From Nitrosopumilus sp. (lineage in GTDB: Archaea; Thermoproteota; Nitrososphaeria; Nitrososphaerales; Nitrosopumilaceae), in assembly GCA_965218695.1 (NCBI GenBank), contig OZ244651.1:1408001-1472000 (forward strand): 64,000 nt of DNA, written 5' to 3'. This document shows, in pieces, positions 50,058 to 60,422 of the stretch (positions are counted from its first letter, which is position 1; every line of letters starts with the position of its first letter). Made by a program: the position numbers and the translations under genes. A model generated the notes under the pieces. It ran no database searches, was not told the origin of the DNA, and saw nothing but the letters and a program-made list of their open reading frames with translations.

Positions 50058-50919
50058 TTATCATGTGCAGTACGTCAGACAAATGGTGATCTCCAAATGA
50101 GTCTTTCGTAGCGTAAACTGAATCGTGATTTTGCCAAATTGGCCGGGGGATCCGTCCACGTCAATTGCGTCATGTGCCGTCGCGCGCATATCGTATTTAT
50201 GGAAAGAACCTCGTAGTGACACATGTGGGCACTGGTATTTGCCGCAGTCACAGTTATGCTGGCAGCTGTGGCAGGCACGGGCGAATTTGCGTGGGGGGAG
50301 ACCACCCTCGAGGCGTCCATTAATCCAAGCGCCGAGTCGTCCCCGTTCAGGGTAAAGTATCAGGACTACACCATATACGAGTACGGCCATGGAAGCCTGC
50401 TCCATCAGCATCTTGGCGGCAAGAAGTGGACCTTGGAAGGCACCGCATCCGGCAGTCAGGACGTCCTGGATCTGGAAGACGTCTTAAACCGGAAGCTCGC
50501 CTCTGACGGAAGCTTTGCAAGGGTGTCGGATCTGAAAGTAATCTACAAATTCTATCTGGTTCCCGCCAGCCACGGTTCCATCATTGGCTATAAAGTCGAG
50601 GTGGAGGGGATGCTTACCGGGCATGTGATAGCCACCTCGGAGCGCCAACATGTAGTAGACTTGATGTGGAGGGGCCTGACCGTAACCGACGACGTCACAA
50701 TCGACGGCGTCCCGATAAACATACCAGCCAGCCTGCTCAGGGTCATGGAACCCGGAGCATACGAACTGCTGGCCGGGACCGAGGCCGACAGAATCCTGCT
50801 CATACCGCTGATGGATGCCGAGGCAATCCTGGAGCGGTCCATGTCTTCATGGAAGGAGTGGCCTAGAACCAGTACATGGGCGATGGGAAACAGCAGGCAA
50901 TCAGACACTCGGCCAGGAG

Positions 50920-52683
50920 GTAATAGTTTCGCTTTTTGAAGTGGGCTGCTTGGCAGCGGAGCGGGTGCAGCCTTCCCCTTACCGTGGACTCTTTTTCCCC
51001 GTGACGCACTGCACGTGCCGTCGGACGGCGCCTCATCCGTCCCCGGAAGACGAGCGGACCAGGTGATCAAAGAAGCTGTCCTTGTTGATCCTGTCAGTTG
51101 CCAGCAGCGTGAACAGGATCGAGTTGGCATCCATGCCCTTCCTGGAGCGGTTCCCGCCCCCGTCGCTCCTTACGGCCACGAACCTCCGGTTGGCCCTCTC
51201 GACTGCGTTGTTGTCAGGCTCGATGCCGTCCACGTGCAGGCAGGTGGTCATGAAATATCCCTCCCGCGGGTACCTCTTCTTGTGCCGGGCGATGGTGCCG
51301 TCCCCGTCGCCTGCAAACGGTTCGTTCATCAGCTCGCGCAGCTCCGCGTCTATGCAGCGGGCAGCGACGATCCTTGGGTGCCGGTCCTTGATCCTGGAGG
51401 CGCGGTAAATCTTCATGTGGATTGCCGACAGCCTGTCCAGAAACGCCGGAACGTCACCCCCGGGGTTGGTCAGGACGTCCTTTTGCACCAGGCGTTCCTG
51501 GTGCCACACGCACATCTGGCGGCACGATCCCACGTGGAGCCACCCGGGATACGAGTCCTGCGTTATGGTTCCCCGGTAGCCCGGGAGCGTCTGGCGGAGC
51601 GTCTTGATGTCCCGCGAGTCGGCCACCTCCACGAGGCAGTGATTTTTTGCCAGAGCCACTATCCCGTAGCCGCGCTTGCCGCCCAGCGGCCAGTGAAACT
51701 CGTCTACGTTCAGGTGTGGCGCCTCCAGCACGCGCTCCCTTACCGAATCGCGTTCCGGCGCCATGCGCCCGGCCTGCCTGATCTTGCCGCGGTAGGCAGA
51801 CGAGCGCGAGGTTACGTGCCCCAACGCGTCGCCGCCAAATTCTGCGGTCCTGGCATGCGACATGCCATTCATGTTCAGGGACGTCATGACCGCGTCAAAG
51901 TTTGATGAACGGCGCGCGTGTTTTGCCGCGCCGGGAACCCTCCCGGAGACCTGTCTTTTGCACACGCGGCACCAGCGCCGCTTGATGACGTACCTGACGT
52001 TCTCCAACAGGACGCGCATGACAGTCACGATGCGATCGTACTCGGCAGTCACCCTCCCAGAGAGCCCGCCGCCGCAGTCGGGGCACTCCTTGCAGTCGAT
52101 CTCCTCGACGCGGTCCACGCGCTTTGGCCTGCAGTTGACGGTGGGTTTCTGCCCCTTGGGCCTGCCGGCGGCCTTCTTTCCCTGACCGGCCTTCTTCTTG
52201 GGCGCGGGGACGCTGATCCCGTTTGCCTTGGCGTTGAGATCCCTGTTTGTCTTGGCGTACCTCTTGTTGTCCTCTGTGAGGGACGAGACGAGCGCCTGCA
52301 GGCGCCCGGCCTCCTTCCAGTCTGCGCCCGACTCGCCTGCAATTTCGCAGGCTGCCTCCAGGATCTTGCGGGTTGGGCCTAGCACGTCGCCGAACATTTT
52401 TGCCCAGTGCAGGCAGCACCTGCACCCTGGTTCCATGCACGCCCCGGCATCCAGCGGGATTTGCGGCAAGGAGTGTTCGTGCATTGCCTTAAATTCCTCC
52501 GCCTCCAAGCATGTTCGGCGTGCTGGTTCCTTCATTTCCAAAGATCGAAGGGACTGGCACCCACTCGTACTTGGATCGCGATGGTCTAACTTTGTCATCC
52601 CGAGTACGAAATTATTAGATTCATTCCCGGTACCATGGATGTCCGCTAGGCCATCCGGTTACTTCAAAAAGCGAAACAATTAC
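50920..52683 (-). mobile_element. IS66-family single-ORF element
   Basis: TIR GTAATAGTTTCGCTTTTTGAAGT (22/23); TSD GCCAGGAG. Confidence 0.95.
51033..52535 (-). CDS. IS66 transposase
   Basis: Paralogue of 22199-23680; start aligned to MKEP. Confidence 0.9.
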   Translation of the reverse strand: MKEPARRTCLEAEEFKAMHEHSLPQIPLDAGACMEPGCRCCLHWAKMFGDVLGPTRKILEAACEIAGESGADWKEAGRLQALVSSLTEDNKRYAKTNRDLNAKANGISVPAPKKKAGQGKKAAGRPKGQKPTVNCRPKRVDRVEEIDCKECPDCGGGLSGRVTAEYDRIVTVMRVLLENVRYVIKRRWCRVCKRQVSGRVPGAAKHARRSSNFDAVMTSLNMNGMSHARTAEFGGDALGHVTSRSSAYRGKIRQAGRMAPERDSVRERVLEAPHLNVDEFHWPLGGKRGYGIVALAKNHCLVEVADSRDIKTLRQTLPGYRGTITQDSYPGWLHVGSCRQMCVWHQERLVQKDVLTNPGGDVPAFLDRLSAIHMKIYRASRIKDRHPRIVAARCIDAELRELMNEPFAGDGDGTIARHKKRYPREGYFMTTCLHVDGIEPDNNAVERANRRFVAVRSDGGGNRSRKGMDANSILFTLLATDRINKDSFFDHLVRSSSGDG

Positions 52684-53172
52684 GCCAGGAGAGATCTATT
52701 CGGTGACTGCAGCGCTGGACCAGACGTACAATATAACGAGGAAGCAGGCATCAGACGACGCAAGGATCAGGATCGCAGGATTTGCAATCCTCGACACATT
52801 GGACGGGCTTGGGGTCTCTCCCTCCGGCATTGTCAGCACCTCCGCGTCGTCATTTGGAACCCCCGACACATTGGACGGACATGAGATTGCAGGAGTCTTT
52901 TCGGACTATCCAGTAAACTACTTTATCATAACACACTACATCCCGAGATTTGCATTATCCATGATGCCCATTATTGCCATTGCCGCAGGCATCGGGTTCT
53001 TCCTGGCGCGGAAGAGGATCCTCAAGGTCAAAGACAAGGATCGGTAGCGGATCGGCATCATGTGTCGTGCAGGCGTTGGCATAGGCGCAGTTTTAGACAC
53101 GGGTCCCCACATGGACGGTCCTGCAGATAGCCGTGTCCGGTTTTTGGAGCGGCCTGAGCGTCCCCGCGAAGA

Positions 53173-54385
53173 GGGTGTGTCCTAGAGGCATATACCCCCG
53201 GATGACAAAAGATATGGATCGGCGGATCACGGCATCGCCTAATGACTACAAAGAAACGCGACCAACGACAGTACGATTTGGTTCAGCAGTACCTGTCGGG
53301 CCTCATGCTGAATACCGTGCTGGGAATAATCAAGAATCTTGGGGATCCGTACGCCGTCAGGCCCGGTCTGGGCGGCATGACGGCATACCCGCCTGGCGCC
53401 ATGGCAGCTGTCTGCATCATGCTTGAGGCACAGCGCACGACCTACCGTAAGATGGTCGGCATCCTCCGAAACAATAGCGCCATGGCAGCCAAGATGGGCC
53501 TAGAGAAAATTCCCTCCAAGAGCACGATAGCACGCGCCTACGGCCTGATCCCGGAATGGTACCTGGCAGAGGCACACCGGATTGCCATCAGGGAGGTGGA
53601 GGCAGGCTCCCTGGCAGCAGACGGTACCGGATACTCGTACCTGCGGTTTGTCAGGTGGTTTGACGTCAGGACCGACAGTTTTCGTACCAGAAAGGGATGG
53701 GTCAAACTGCACGCAATCGTGGATATCCGCACCAGGGTGATAATCGACTGCATGGTGACTGACAGCGCAGTGGCAGACATAAACGGGCTGTACGCGATGC
53801 TCGGCAGGTTAGGCCGGGGCACCGGCGACTTTTGCCTGGATTCTGCATACCTGGCAAGGCTAATGTGCAACATGATATCTGCGATGGGAATGGTACCCCG
53901 CATCAAGCCAAAATCCAACACCATACGCAACGCCAGGGGAAGCCAGTCGTGGCGCGAGATGGTAAGCCTGTACATGGATGAACGGGACAGGTTTGACTCG
54001 GAATACCACCAGCGCAGCATCATCGAGGCAGTCTTTGCCGCCCTCAAGAAGATGTACGGGGACAGCACCAGGTGCCGAAAACACGAGAACCGGACAAGGG
54101 AGACTGCGATCCGTGTCATGTGCTACAACATCGAGCTCGTGGCCAGATTGCAGGCAAAAGACGGCAGGCTCACACAGGATCAAATCGCGACACTTGCAGC
54201 ATAGCTGGCGCGTTTCACCACGCGCTTCCTAGCGGAGCCTCCGCACCGTGTCTTGGATTTGGGGGATTTTATGGGTTGTGGAGGATCGATGGTGCGGCAC
54301 TGTTGGCGTCGACGGGTTCTGGCACCAATCGTGTCTTTGGCATTCTGGTACATGGGATGGCATTTTTTATTACTAGGACACACCC
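53173..54385 (+). mobile_element. IS5-like type A, copy 3 (1213 bp)
   Basis: TIR GGGTGTGTCCTAG; TSD CCGCGAAGA. Confidence 0.95.
53242..54204 (+). CDS. IS5-like DDE transposase
   Basis: Identical protein to the other two copies. Confidence 0.92.
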   Translation: MTTKKRDQRQYDLVQQYLSGLMLNTVLGIIKNLGDPYAVRPGLGGMTAYPPGAMAAVCIMLEAQRTTYRKMVGILRNNSAMAAKMGLEKIPSKSTIARAYGLIPEWYLAEAHRIAIREVEAGSLAADGTGYSYLRFVRWFDVRTDSFRTRKGWVKLHAIVDIRTRVIIDCMVTDSAVADINGLYAMLGRLGRGTGDFCLDSAYLARLMCNMISAMGMVPRIKPKSNTIRNARGSQSWREMVSLYMDERDRFDSEYHQRSIIEAVFAALKKMYGDSTRCRKHENRTRETAIRVMCYNIELVARLQAKDGRLTQDQIATLAA

Positions 54386-54406
54386 CCGCGAAGAGATCGA
54401 TTTATT

Positions 54407-55009
54407 ATGAGCCATCCACACAGGGTGCCTGTGCAATCAGATTCCCTCAATGATATTACAGACAGCTACAAGCATTTGTCGCTTTTTTGGACCGACATCC
54501 TACACCTGATGTCAGGCAAGCCACACGCGCTTACATCCGTGGGTCCGATGAGGGCGTTTGCTACAAACTCAAAAAAGATCTCCACGGAGATGATTGAGAT
54601 TAACGAGAACCTGATGGAGTTTAACAAGTATCTTGCAGAATACTATGAACAGCTCATGGAGACGTGGAATACTGCCCAGAAGAAGGTCAACCAGAATGCA
54701 TTAAGGATTCCCCAGGATGCAGAACATGCAGATACCCTCAAAAGGGCATGGATAAACATCTTTGACAATGACTTTACGGAGCTGTTTGATTCTGCAAAAT
54801 TCGGGGAAAATTACGGGATGCTAGTCTCCAAGGAGCTCGAGCTGGCAAAGCACTGGAATGCCATTGTCAGCACCATCCTAAAGTCTGCAAACATTCCAAG
54901 CAAGGAGGAGATGGACGAGGTATACAAGGAGGTTCACTCTCTTAAAAAACGGATTAGCAGGCTAGAGATGGACCTAAAGAAGGCGGGGATGAGAAAAAAT
55001 GCAAAGTAA
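54407..55009 (+). CDS. phaE: class III PHA synthase subunit PhaE
   Basis: PhaE box IPSKEEMDEVYKEVHSLKKRI; overlaps the phaC start. Confidence 0.88.
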   Translation: MSHPHRVPVQSDSLNDITDSYKHLSLFWTDILHLMSGKPHALTSVGPMRAFATNSKKISTEMIEINENLMEFNKYLAEYYEQLMETWNTAQKKVNQNALRIPQDAEHADTLKRAWINIFDNDFTELFDSAKFGENYGMLVSKELELAKHWNAIVSTILKSANIPSKEEMDEVYKEVHSLKKRISRLEMDLKKAGMRKNAK

Positions 55010-56063
55010 TCCCAGGCTGGATCCCAAAATAATAGAGGAGATGATCAGGTTCGGCGAGAACGTGGTCAAGGCGCCAAGGATGGTTGCAGCGCCAGACGAG
55101 ATCAACATGGAGGTAACCCCGCACAGCATAGTACAGAAGATTGACAAGACAAGACTGTTGCGCTACAAGCCCCTGACAGACAGGCAGCACAGGACGCCGT
55201 TGCTCATATCGTATGCCCTGATCAACAGGTTCCACATACTGGACATCCACCCCGAAAAGAGCTGGATACGAAACCTGCTGCTGCAGGGGTTTGACGTATA
55301 CGTGCTGGACTGGGGGACGCCGACCAGCATGGACAAGTACCTTGATTTTGACGACTATGTAAACGGGTATCTGGATTACTACGTAGAGTACATCAAAAAC
55401 GAGTCAGCAGTTGAAAAGATCTCCCTTCAGGGGTATTGCACCGGTGCCACCATCACTACGGTATACACAGCATTGCACCCGGAGAATGTAAAGAACTACA
55501 TATCAACGGCTCCGGTCATCGACGGATGGCACGATACGACTGTAATCAGCAATCTTGCAAAGCACATGGATGTGGACAAGATGGTAGAGACGATCGGAAA
55601 CATGCCTCCGGAGTTCATGTACTACTGCTTTTCGGTACTCAAGCCGTTTGAGCAGGGACTGGAAAAATATGTCAACTTTTTCAAAAACATAGACAACAAA
55701 AAATTTGTCGACAGCTTTCTCAGAATTGAGAGGTGGCTAAGCGACACGCCGCCGATTCCAGGCGAGCTGTTCAGGCAGTGGATCAAGAACATCTACCAGG
55801 ACAACCTGCTAATCCAGAACAAGATGTACGTGGGTGGAAACCACGTAAATCTGAAGAACATAGACATGCCGGCATTCACCCAGATAGCAGTCGGGGATCA
55901 TCTGGTGTCCCCCGAGTGCAGCATGCCGTTGCATTACGCCATCGGAAGCCAGGACAAGACAATGAGGATATACCCGTCAGGCCACGTTGGAATGATCGCC
56001 AGCTCCCTGTCGCAAAGAAGGGTGCTGCCTGAGCTAGGGCAGTGGCTTACCGAGAGATCATAG
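54999..56063 (+). CDS. phaC: class III PHA synthase subunit PhaC
   Basis: PLLISYALINR-x2-ILD, DWG, lipase box GYCTG, GDHLV, GHVG. Confidence 0.95.
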   Translation: MQSNPRLDPKIIEEMIRFGENVVKAPRMVAAPDEINMEVTPHSIVQKIDKTRLLRYKPLTDRQHRTPLLISYALINRFHILDIHPEKSWIRNLLLQGFDVYVLDWGTPTSMDKYLDFDDYVNGYLDYYVEYIKNESAVEKISLQGYCTGATITTVYTALHPENVKNYISTAPVIDGWHDTTVISNLAKHMDVDKMVETIGNMPPEFMYYCFSVLKPFEQGLEKYVNFFKNIDNKKFVDSFLRIERWLSDTPPIPGELFRQWIKNIYQDNLLIQNKMYVGGNHVNLKNIDMPAFTQIAVGDHLVSPECSMPLHYAIGSQDKTMRIYPSGHVGMIASSLSQRRVLPELGQWLTERS

Positions 56064-56281
56064 GCTGCATGCACGGCAGTCCGCAGAATCACGACTGCGC
56101 CTCAGGTGCGGCGTGATTCGCCTCCAGAAAGTGCGTGCCGAGACCCGGCAGTCCCATTATTCCCGAAGGGATTGGACAGGAATCAAGCCAAGGCAGACAA
56201 GCGGGGCGCCAGAAAAGAACAGCAGCCCGCACACCATCTTCATAACGACAGACATATTATGTATTCAATAAAAATTACGGT

Positions 56282-56701
56282 ATGAAGGATGTTACCAAGT
56301 TGCTGGTTCCTCTTGACGGATCAGAAAACTCCATGAGGGGCCTAGAGATGGCAATTGTTCTTGCCAAACAGTGCAACGCATCCATTACATCGGTGCATTC
56401 CATACACACCCAGGCACACTCGTCGTTTCAAAGCATGCACGTAGACACCGAGAATACAGACGAGTACATACAGGAGGTGATGGAGAAGGCCAGGCATGCT
56501 GCGACAGAGAATGGGGTCGAGTTTGACTACAAAGTGATGAACGGCGATATAGGATACAACATAATCAAGTTTGCCCAGGAGAATGCCTTTGATATGATCG
56601 TAATGGGTTCGCGTGGGAGGCACGGCATAAAGATGCTGTTTGGAAGCGTGACAAACTCTGTTCTGCAGTCCTCAAAGATTCCTGTACTTGTCGTAAAGTA
56701 G
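56282..56701 (+). CDS. universal stress protein
   Basis: LVPLDGSENS, IVMGSRG, FGSVT, PVLVVK. Confidence 0.94.
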   Translation: MKDVTKLLVPLDGSENSMRGLEMAIVLAKQCNASITSVHSIHTQAHSSFQSMHVDTENTDEYIQEVMEKARHAATENGVEFDYKVMNGDIGYNIIKFAQENAFDMIVMGSRGRHGIKMLFGSVTNSVLQSSKIPVLVVK

Positions 56702-56703
56702 TT

Positions 56704-57177
56704 TTACGGCAGTCCGTGTTTTTTAAAATATTTTTGATGGTACTCCTCTGCACGATAAAACACAGGCGCCGGCACGATCGTAGTCACGATGGGTCGGTTG
56801 TACCGTTTCGATCCATCCAGTCGTAGTTTGGACGTCTCTGCTGCATCCTTTTGTTCCTGATTGTGATAGAATATTGCCGAACGGTACTGGATGCCGACGT
56901 CAGGTCCCTGCCGGTTTAGGGTGGTCGGATTGTGGTTGTTCCAGAATATATCAAGAAGATCATCATAGGAGAGGACCTCCGGGTCGTAGTCGACCTCCAC
57001 GGCCTCTGCATGTCCTGTCCTGTCGGTGCACACCTCCTCGTATGTGGGGTTCGGTATGCTGCCGCCGGTATACCCGGCAGCAGTGGATCTCACTCCGGGT
57101 GTCTTGCCAAACAGATCCTCCACATGCCAGAAGCATCCTGCGCCAAACGTAGCCTTCAAGTTGGCAGGTATTGGCAT
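56704..57177 (-). CDS. msrA: peptide-methionine (S)-S-oxide reductase
   Basis: GCFW, TYEEVC-x3-[17 protein letters not shown]. Confidence 0.96.
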   Translation of the reverse strand: MPIPANLKATFGAGCFWHVEDLFGKTPGVRSTAAGYTGGSIPNPTYEEVCTDRTGHAEAVEVDYDPEVLSYDDLLDIFWNNHNPTTLNRQGPDVGIQYRSAIFYHNQEQKDAAETSKLRLDGSKRYNRPIVTTIVPAPVFYRAEEYHQKYFKKHGLP

Positions 57178-57369
57178 CTGTCAAATTAAAACCATGCCAT
57201 TGAACGTGCTCCTCTTCATCATCATCATCATCCTCCTCCTATATGGGACTTGATGGGGCATCCAAAGGGATCCGCCGGCAGCGTCCCGGGCATGAAGAAT
57301 ATAAAAAATATCAGGCGACCGCCGCCGCGAGGCTGCCCGGCCGCCGGATTATAAAAAATCAGATTATAG

Positions 57370-57795
57370 TTATTTGGTCTTTTGTGCGAATATAGAAACC
57401 CATGACTGGAAGATGTTCTTGGTTAGATCAACGAATGATTTTGTGTTGTCGTTGAATGTCTTGATGTTTCTCTGTGCTGCATCAATGGTTGCAAGTGTAA
57501 TCTGGTTCTGGGTTGCTGCAGTCTTGATTACCTCGTTGGTGGCACTCTGGATTGTCTTAAGTGTGATTTCAGGAATCGTGGTTGCAAGTCCGGTCTTGAC
57601 TACGTATGCCTTCTGCAGTTCAATAGCTGAACCTGTAATGCTCTCGTATGCCTGAATGTACTCCTGCTGCATGTTGGTGACTGCCTGGTGGTACTGTGGT
57701 ACTGACTGTCTGATGCTGGTAAAGATTTTGTTCGTGTTATTCTGATACATGGAAAATAGATCCTTTGGGTGTTCTGTCTGTTCTGTCTTACTCAT
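57370..57795 (-). CDS. phasin-like helical protein
   Basis: Gln/Thr-rich amphipathic helices; coupled to an AbrB gene near phaEC; function inferred. Confidence 0.6.
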   Translation of the reverse strand: MSKTEQTEHPKDLFSMYQNNTNKIFTSIRQSVPQYHQAVTNMQQEYIQAYESITGSAIELQKAYVVKTGLATTIPEITLKTIQSATNEVIKTAATQNQITLATIDAAQRNIKTFNDNTKSFVDLTKNIFQSWVSIFAQKTK

Positions 57796-58217
57796 TTTTT
57801 CACCTCCTCATTATTTGATTTTTTTGCTATTGGCAGTACAATTACTTGAACCAAGTCACCGTCCGAAAGGCCAAGCGCGTTGCGCTCAGCTTCCGGAATT
57901 GAGATCCTGCCGTTGCTGCTGATGGTCGTCTTGTATGCACCCCAGTTCATAAAGCACGAAAACATCTGTCCGATGTTAAACATCGTGTCCATGCCTTTGT
58001 TCTGCATCGAGTACATGCTCTGCATCAGGTTTGACTGGGTCTGTTTGGCGTTATCAGATACTTCTTTCAGCGTTGTCAGGGGGTTGAATGTCTGGCTGTT
58101 TTGATTTGTCATCAGAGAGCCAAAGTTCTTCACGAACTCGGCTTGCGCGTTGCCGCTCTTTTGAATCCAATCCCTAAACATCCGTGTTGGGTCGTATTGG
58201 TTCTCATTACCGCTCAT
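57792..58217 (-). CDS. AbrB/SpoVT-domain regulator (PhaR-like)
   Basis: TTISSNGRISIPEAERNALGLSDGDLVQVIV. Confidence 0.85.
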   Translation of the reverse strand: MSGNENQYDPTRMFRDWIQKSGNAQAEFVKNFGSLMTNQNSQTFNPLTTLKEVSDNAKQTQSNLMQSMYSMQNKGMDTMFNIGQMFSCFMNWGAYKTTISSNGRISIPEAERNALGLSDGDLVQVIVLPIAKKSNNEEVKK

Positions 58218-58240
58218 TGGTAATGTATGGAATCAGGAGG

Positions 58241-58248
58241 TATTTAAA
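58241..58248 (-). promoter_or_regulatory. TATA box
   Basis: TTTAAATA 24-31 bp upstream of ATG 58217. Confidence 0.6.
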
Positions 58249-58332
58249 CCGATCTGTTTCCTCAATTCCAGACCATGACACCGTCATGTACTGACATGGC
58301 AGCCACAGGCCAGATGCGTTGTACATGAGTTC

Positions 58333-59142
58333 TCAGGCATCATCTCCGTCAAAAAATTTGAGGATAGATGCTACAAAGGCGTCAGGGTCATGCACGTATG
58401 GGGTGTGGCCGGATCCTTCCATTACATGAAGCCGGCAGTTTGGAATTGCGGAGGTAAAATTATCTGCGAATTTGAGCGGGATTACCGGATCATTAGCACC
58501 CCAGACCAGCATTGTGGGAACGGAGATCGTCTCCAAGTCCGAATGAGCCAGTTTTGAGTTCTGCAGTCCCAACAGGGCAGACATGAAGGCAAACTTGGAG
58601 TTGTGTATCATCATTCTAGAGACAAAGCCATCAACGATGTCCTGATCGGCATGGGCGTCAGAACCACCCATCATCGCAAATGCCCTTGTGGCATTGTCAC
58701 GGTTTGGGTATAATGCAGCCATGACGTATGCATCCAGGGCGACAGTGGATCTCTTCATAAAGCCTGCAGGCGATACAAGCACAAGCTTTTCAATGTTTTT
58801 GGGATTGGATATGCTATGGACCGCGGCGATCTGCCCCCCCATTGAAGAGCCAATCATGTATAGATTGGAGATGCCGATGCGTGCGAAAAAATCATTCAAA
58901 AAACCTGAAAAAAAGTCAAGCGTGTAATCCAAGGAGGGCCTGTCGCTGTATCCGGATCCAAGAAGATCAGGGGCCACCACGCGGAAGGCCCTTGCAAAGA
59001 GAGGGATTACACGGCTCCACCTGTCAGCAGAAGCGCCTAGGCCGTGCACCAGAACTAGGACTTTTTTGGAACTGCCTGATTCCAGATAGCGTATCCTGTG
59101 CCCGCCTACAGTGACGAATTTTTCCTTCACTATTCCTAACAT
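58333..59142 (-). CDS. alpha/beta hydrolase
   Basis: VHGLG, GSSMGG, WGAND, SGHTP triad. Confidence 0.9.
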   Translation of the reverse strand: MLGIVKEKFVTVGGHRIRYLESGSSKKVLVLVHGLGASADRWSRVIPLFARAFRVVAPDLLGSGYSDRPSLDYTLDFFSGFLNDFFARIGISNLYMIGSSMGGQIAAVHSISNPKNIEKLVLVSPAGFMKRSTVALDAYVMAALYPNRDNATRAFAMMGGSDAHADQDIVDGFVSRMMIHNSKFAFMSALLGLQNSKLAHSDLETISVPTMLVWGANDPVIPLKFADNFTSAIPNCRLHVMEGSGHTPYVHDPDAFVASILKFFDGDDA

Positions 59143-59481
59143 CGTACTTCATAACTAGATAAATCTTGATCCATATACAGATGACCCAGATGTGGCTAAT
59201 TCTGACGAACTTTCAAGACCACGGAGTCTCTTGCTAGGCTTCACGTCGCCTGAGTCACCGCCCGATCCTGCCGCGCCGTGATCACATCTGGGTTGTCTGG
59301 TATCGGTTTGTGGTGGCATGCAGGGGACTTTCAGTCAGGTATCGTTTATGGTACAAACGGGCATGGTTGCGCACGGTCGTGCCTGCTGCAAGCAGGATGC
59401 GGCGACATCATGCCATGGCAAACCAGGCGCAGAGACAATGCCTCAAGGACAGAGATTAATAGTCATTGGGCTTGAACAAGG

Positions 59482-60345
59482 TTGAAGATATTTTTGGTCT
59501 CAATAAATCCTCTTGATGTCTTTCTATGGACCCTACGTAGGAATGAAAGGGATGTCATAAACCTCTATGACGTGCTGTCGCCCATGATGCAGATTGCCAC
59601 GGGGGGAGACATGCTTAACTTTGGGTACTGGGATGACAGGCACCCGGATCCGGTCTCGGCACAGAGAAACCTGTGCAGGCATGTTGCCGTGATGGCAGAG
59701 ATGGAGCGTGCCAGAACTGTCCTTGATGTTGGAAGCGGATTGGCTGCCCCGGCTTCATACTGGAAGGAGGCGTATGAAGGGTTACAGATATGCTGCATAA
59801 ACATCAACTATTCCCAGCTGCGCATGGGTCTGCGCCCGAATCTCAGATGTGTCAATGCATCATCTACCAGACTGCCATTCAGGAATGACTCCGTGGATAG
59901 GATCATAGCCCTGGAATCTGCACAGCATTTCAGGCCGTTTTCGGATTTTATAACACACGCCGGCAGGATTCTGTCGGATTCCGGGCTGCTTGTGCTGGCA
60001 GTTCCCGTAACAATGGGCAGGCAGTCGGCCATGAAGCTGGGAATCCTGAAATTTACATGGTCGTCAGAGCATTATTCCCTGGAGCAGATCCGGAAAGATG
60101 TGACATCCGGGGGATTTGTGGTGGATAAGGAAGAGATGATAGGCCGGTCAGTGTATGATCCGCTTGCCGATTATTACATCAAAAACCGCAGCATGCTAAG
60201 GGAGACCATACTGCAGCAGTATCCGTCATATGCCGAGACGGTTCTCTTCAAATCAGTACAAAAGATGAAAAAGGCATCAGAGGACGGAGTGATTGATTAT
60301 GTGCTGTTGAAGTGCCATTTGCGGGACATCAGTCATGATGCATGA
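59482..60345 (+). CDS. SAM-dependent methyltransferase (sterol/tocopherol MT-like)
   Basis: LNFGYW, VLDVGSG, LPF, ALESAQHF. Confidence 0.9.
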   Translation: MKIFLVSINPLDVFLWTLRRNERDVINLYDVLSPMMQIATGGDMLNFGYWDDRHPDPVSAQRNLCRHVAVMAEMERARTVLDVGSGLAAPASYWKEAYEGLQICCININYSQLRMGLRPNLRCVNASSTRLPFRNDSVDRIIALESAQHFRPFSDFITHAGRILSDSGLLVLAVPVTMGRQSAMKLGILKFTWSSEHYSLEQIRKDVTSGGFVVDKEEMIGRSVYDPLADYYIKNRSMLRETILQQYPSYAETVLFKSVQKMKKASEDGVIDYVLLKCHLRDISHDA

Positions 60346-60422
60346 AGACGGTGCAACGAAGGGCACGGCTCTATTTTACATCATGCGGCTACCTTGACAG
60401 AATGCACAGGTAGCCCGGGGGA

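Larger units (their letters stand above)
50223..53047 (+). pseudogene. secreted, C-terminally anchored protein (350 aa) interrupted by IS66
   Basis: Signal peptide; in-frame join DTRPG-EIYSVTAALD; C-terminal TM plus basic tail. Confidence 0.85.
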
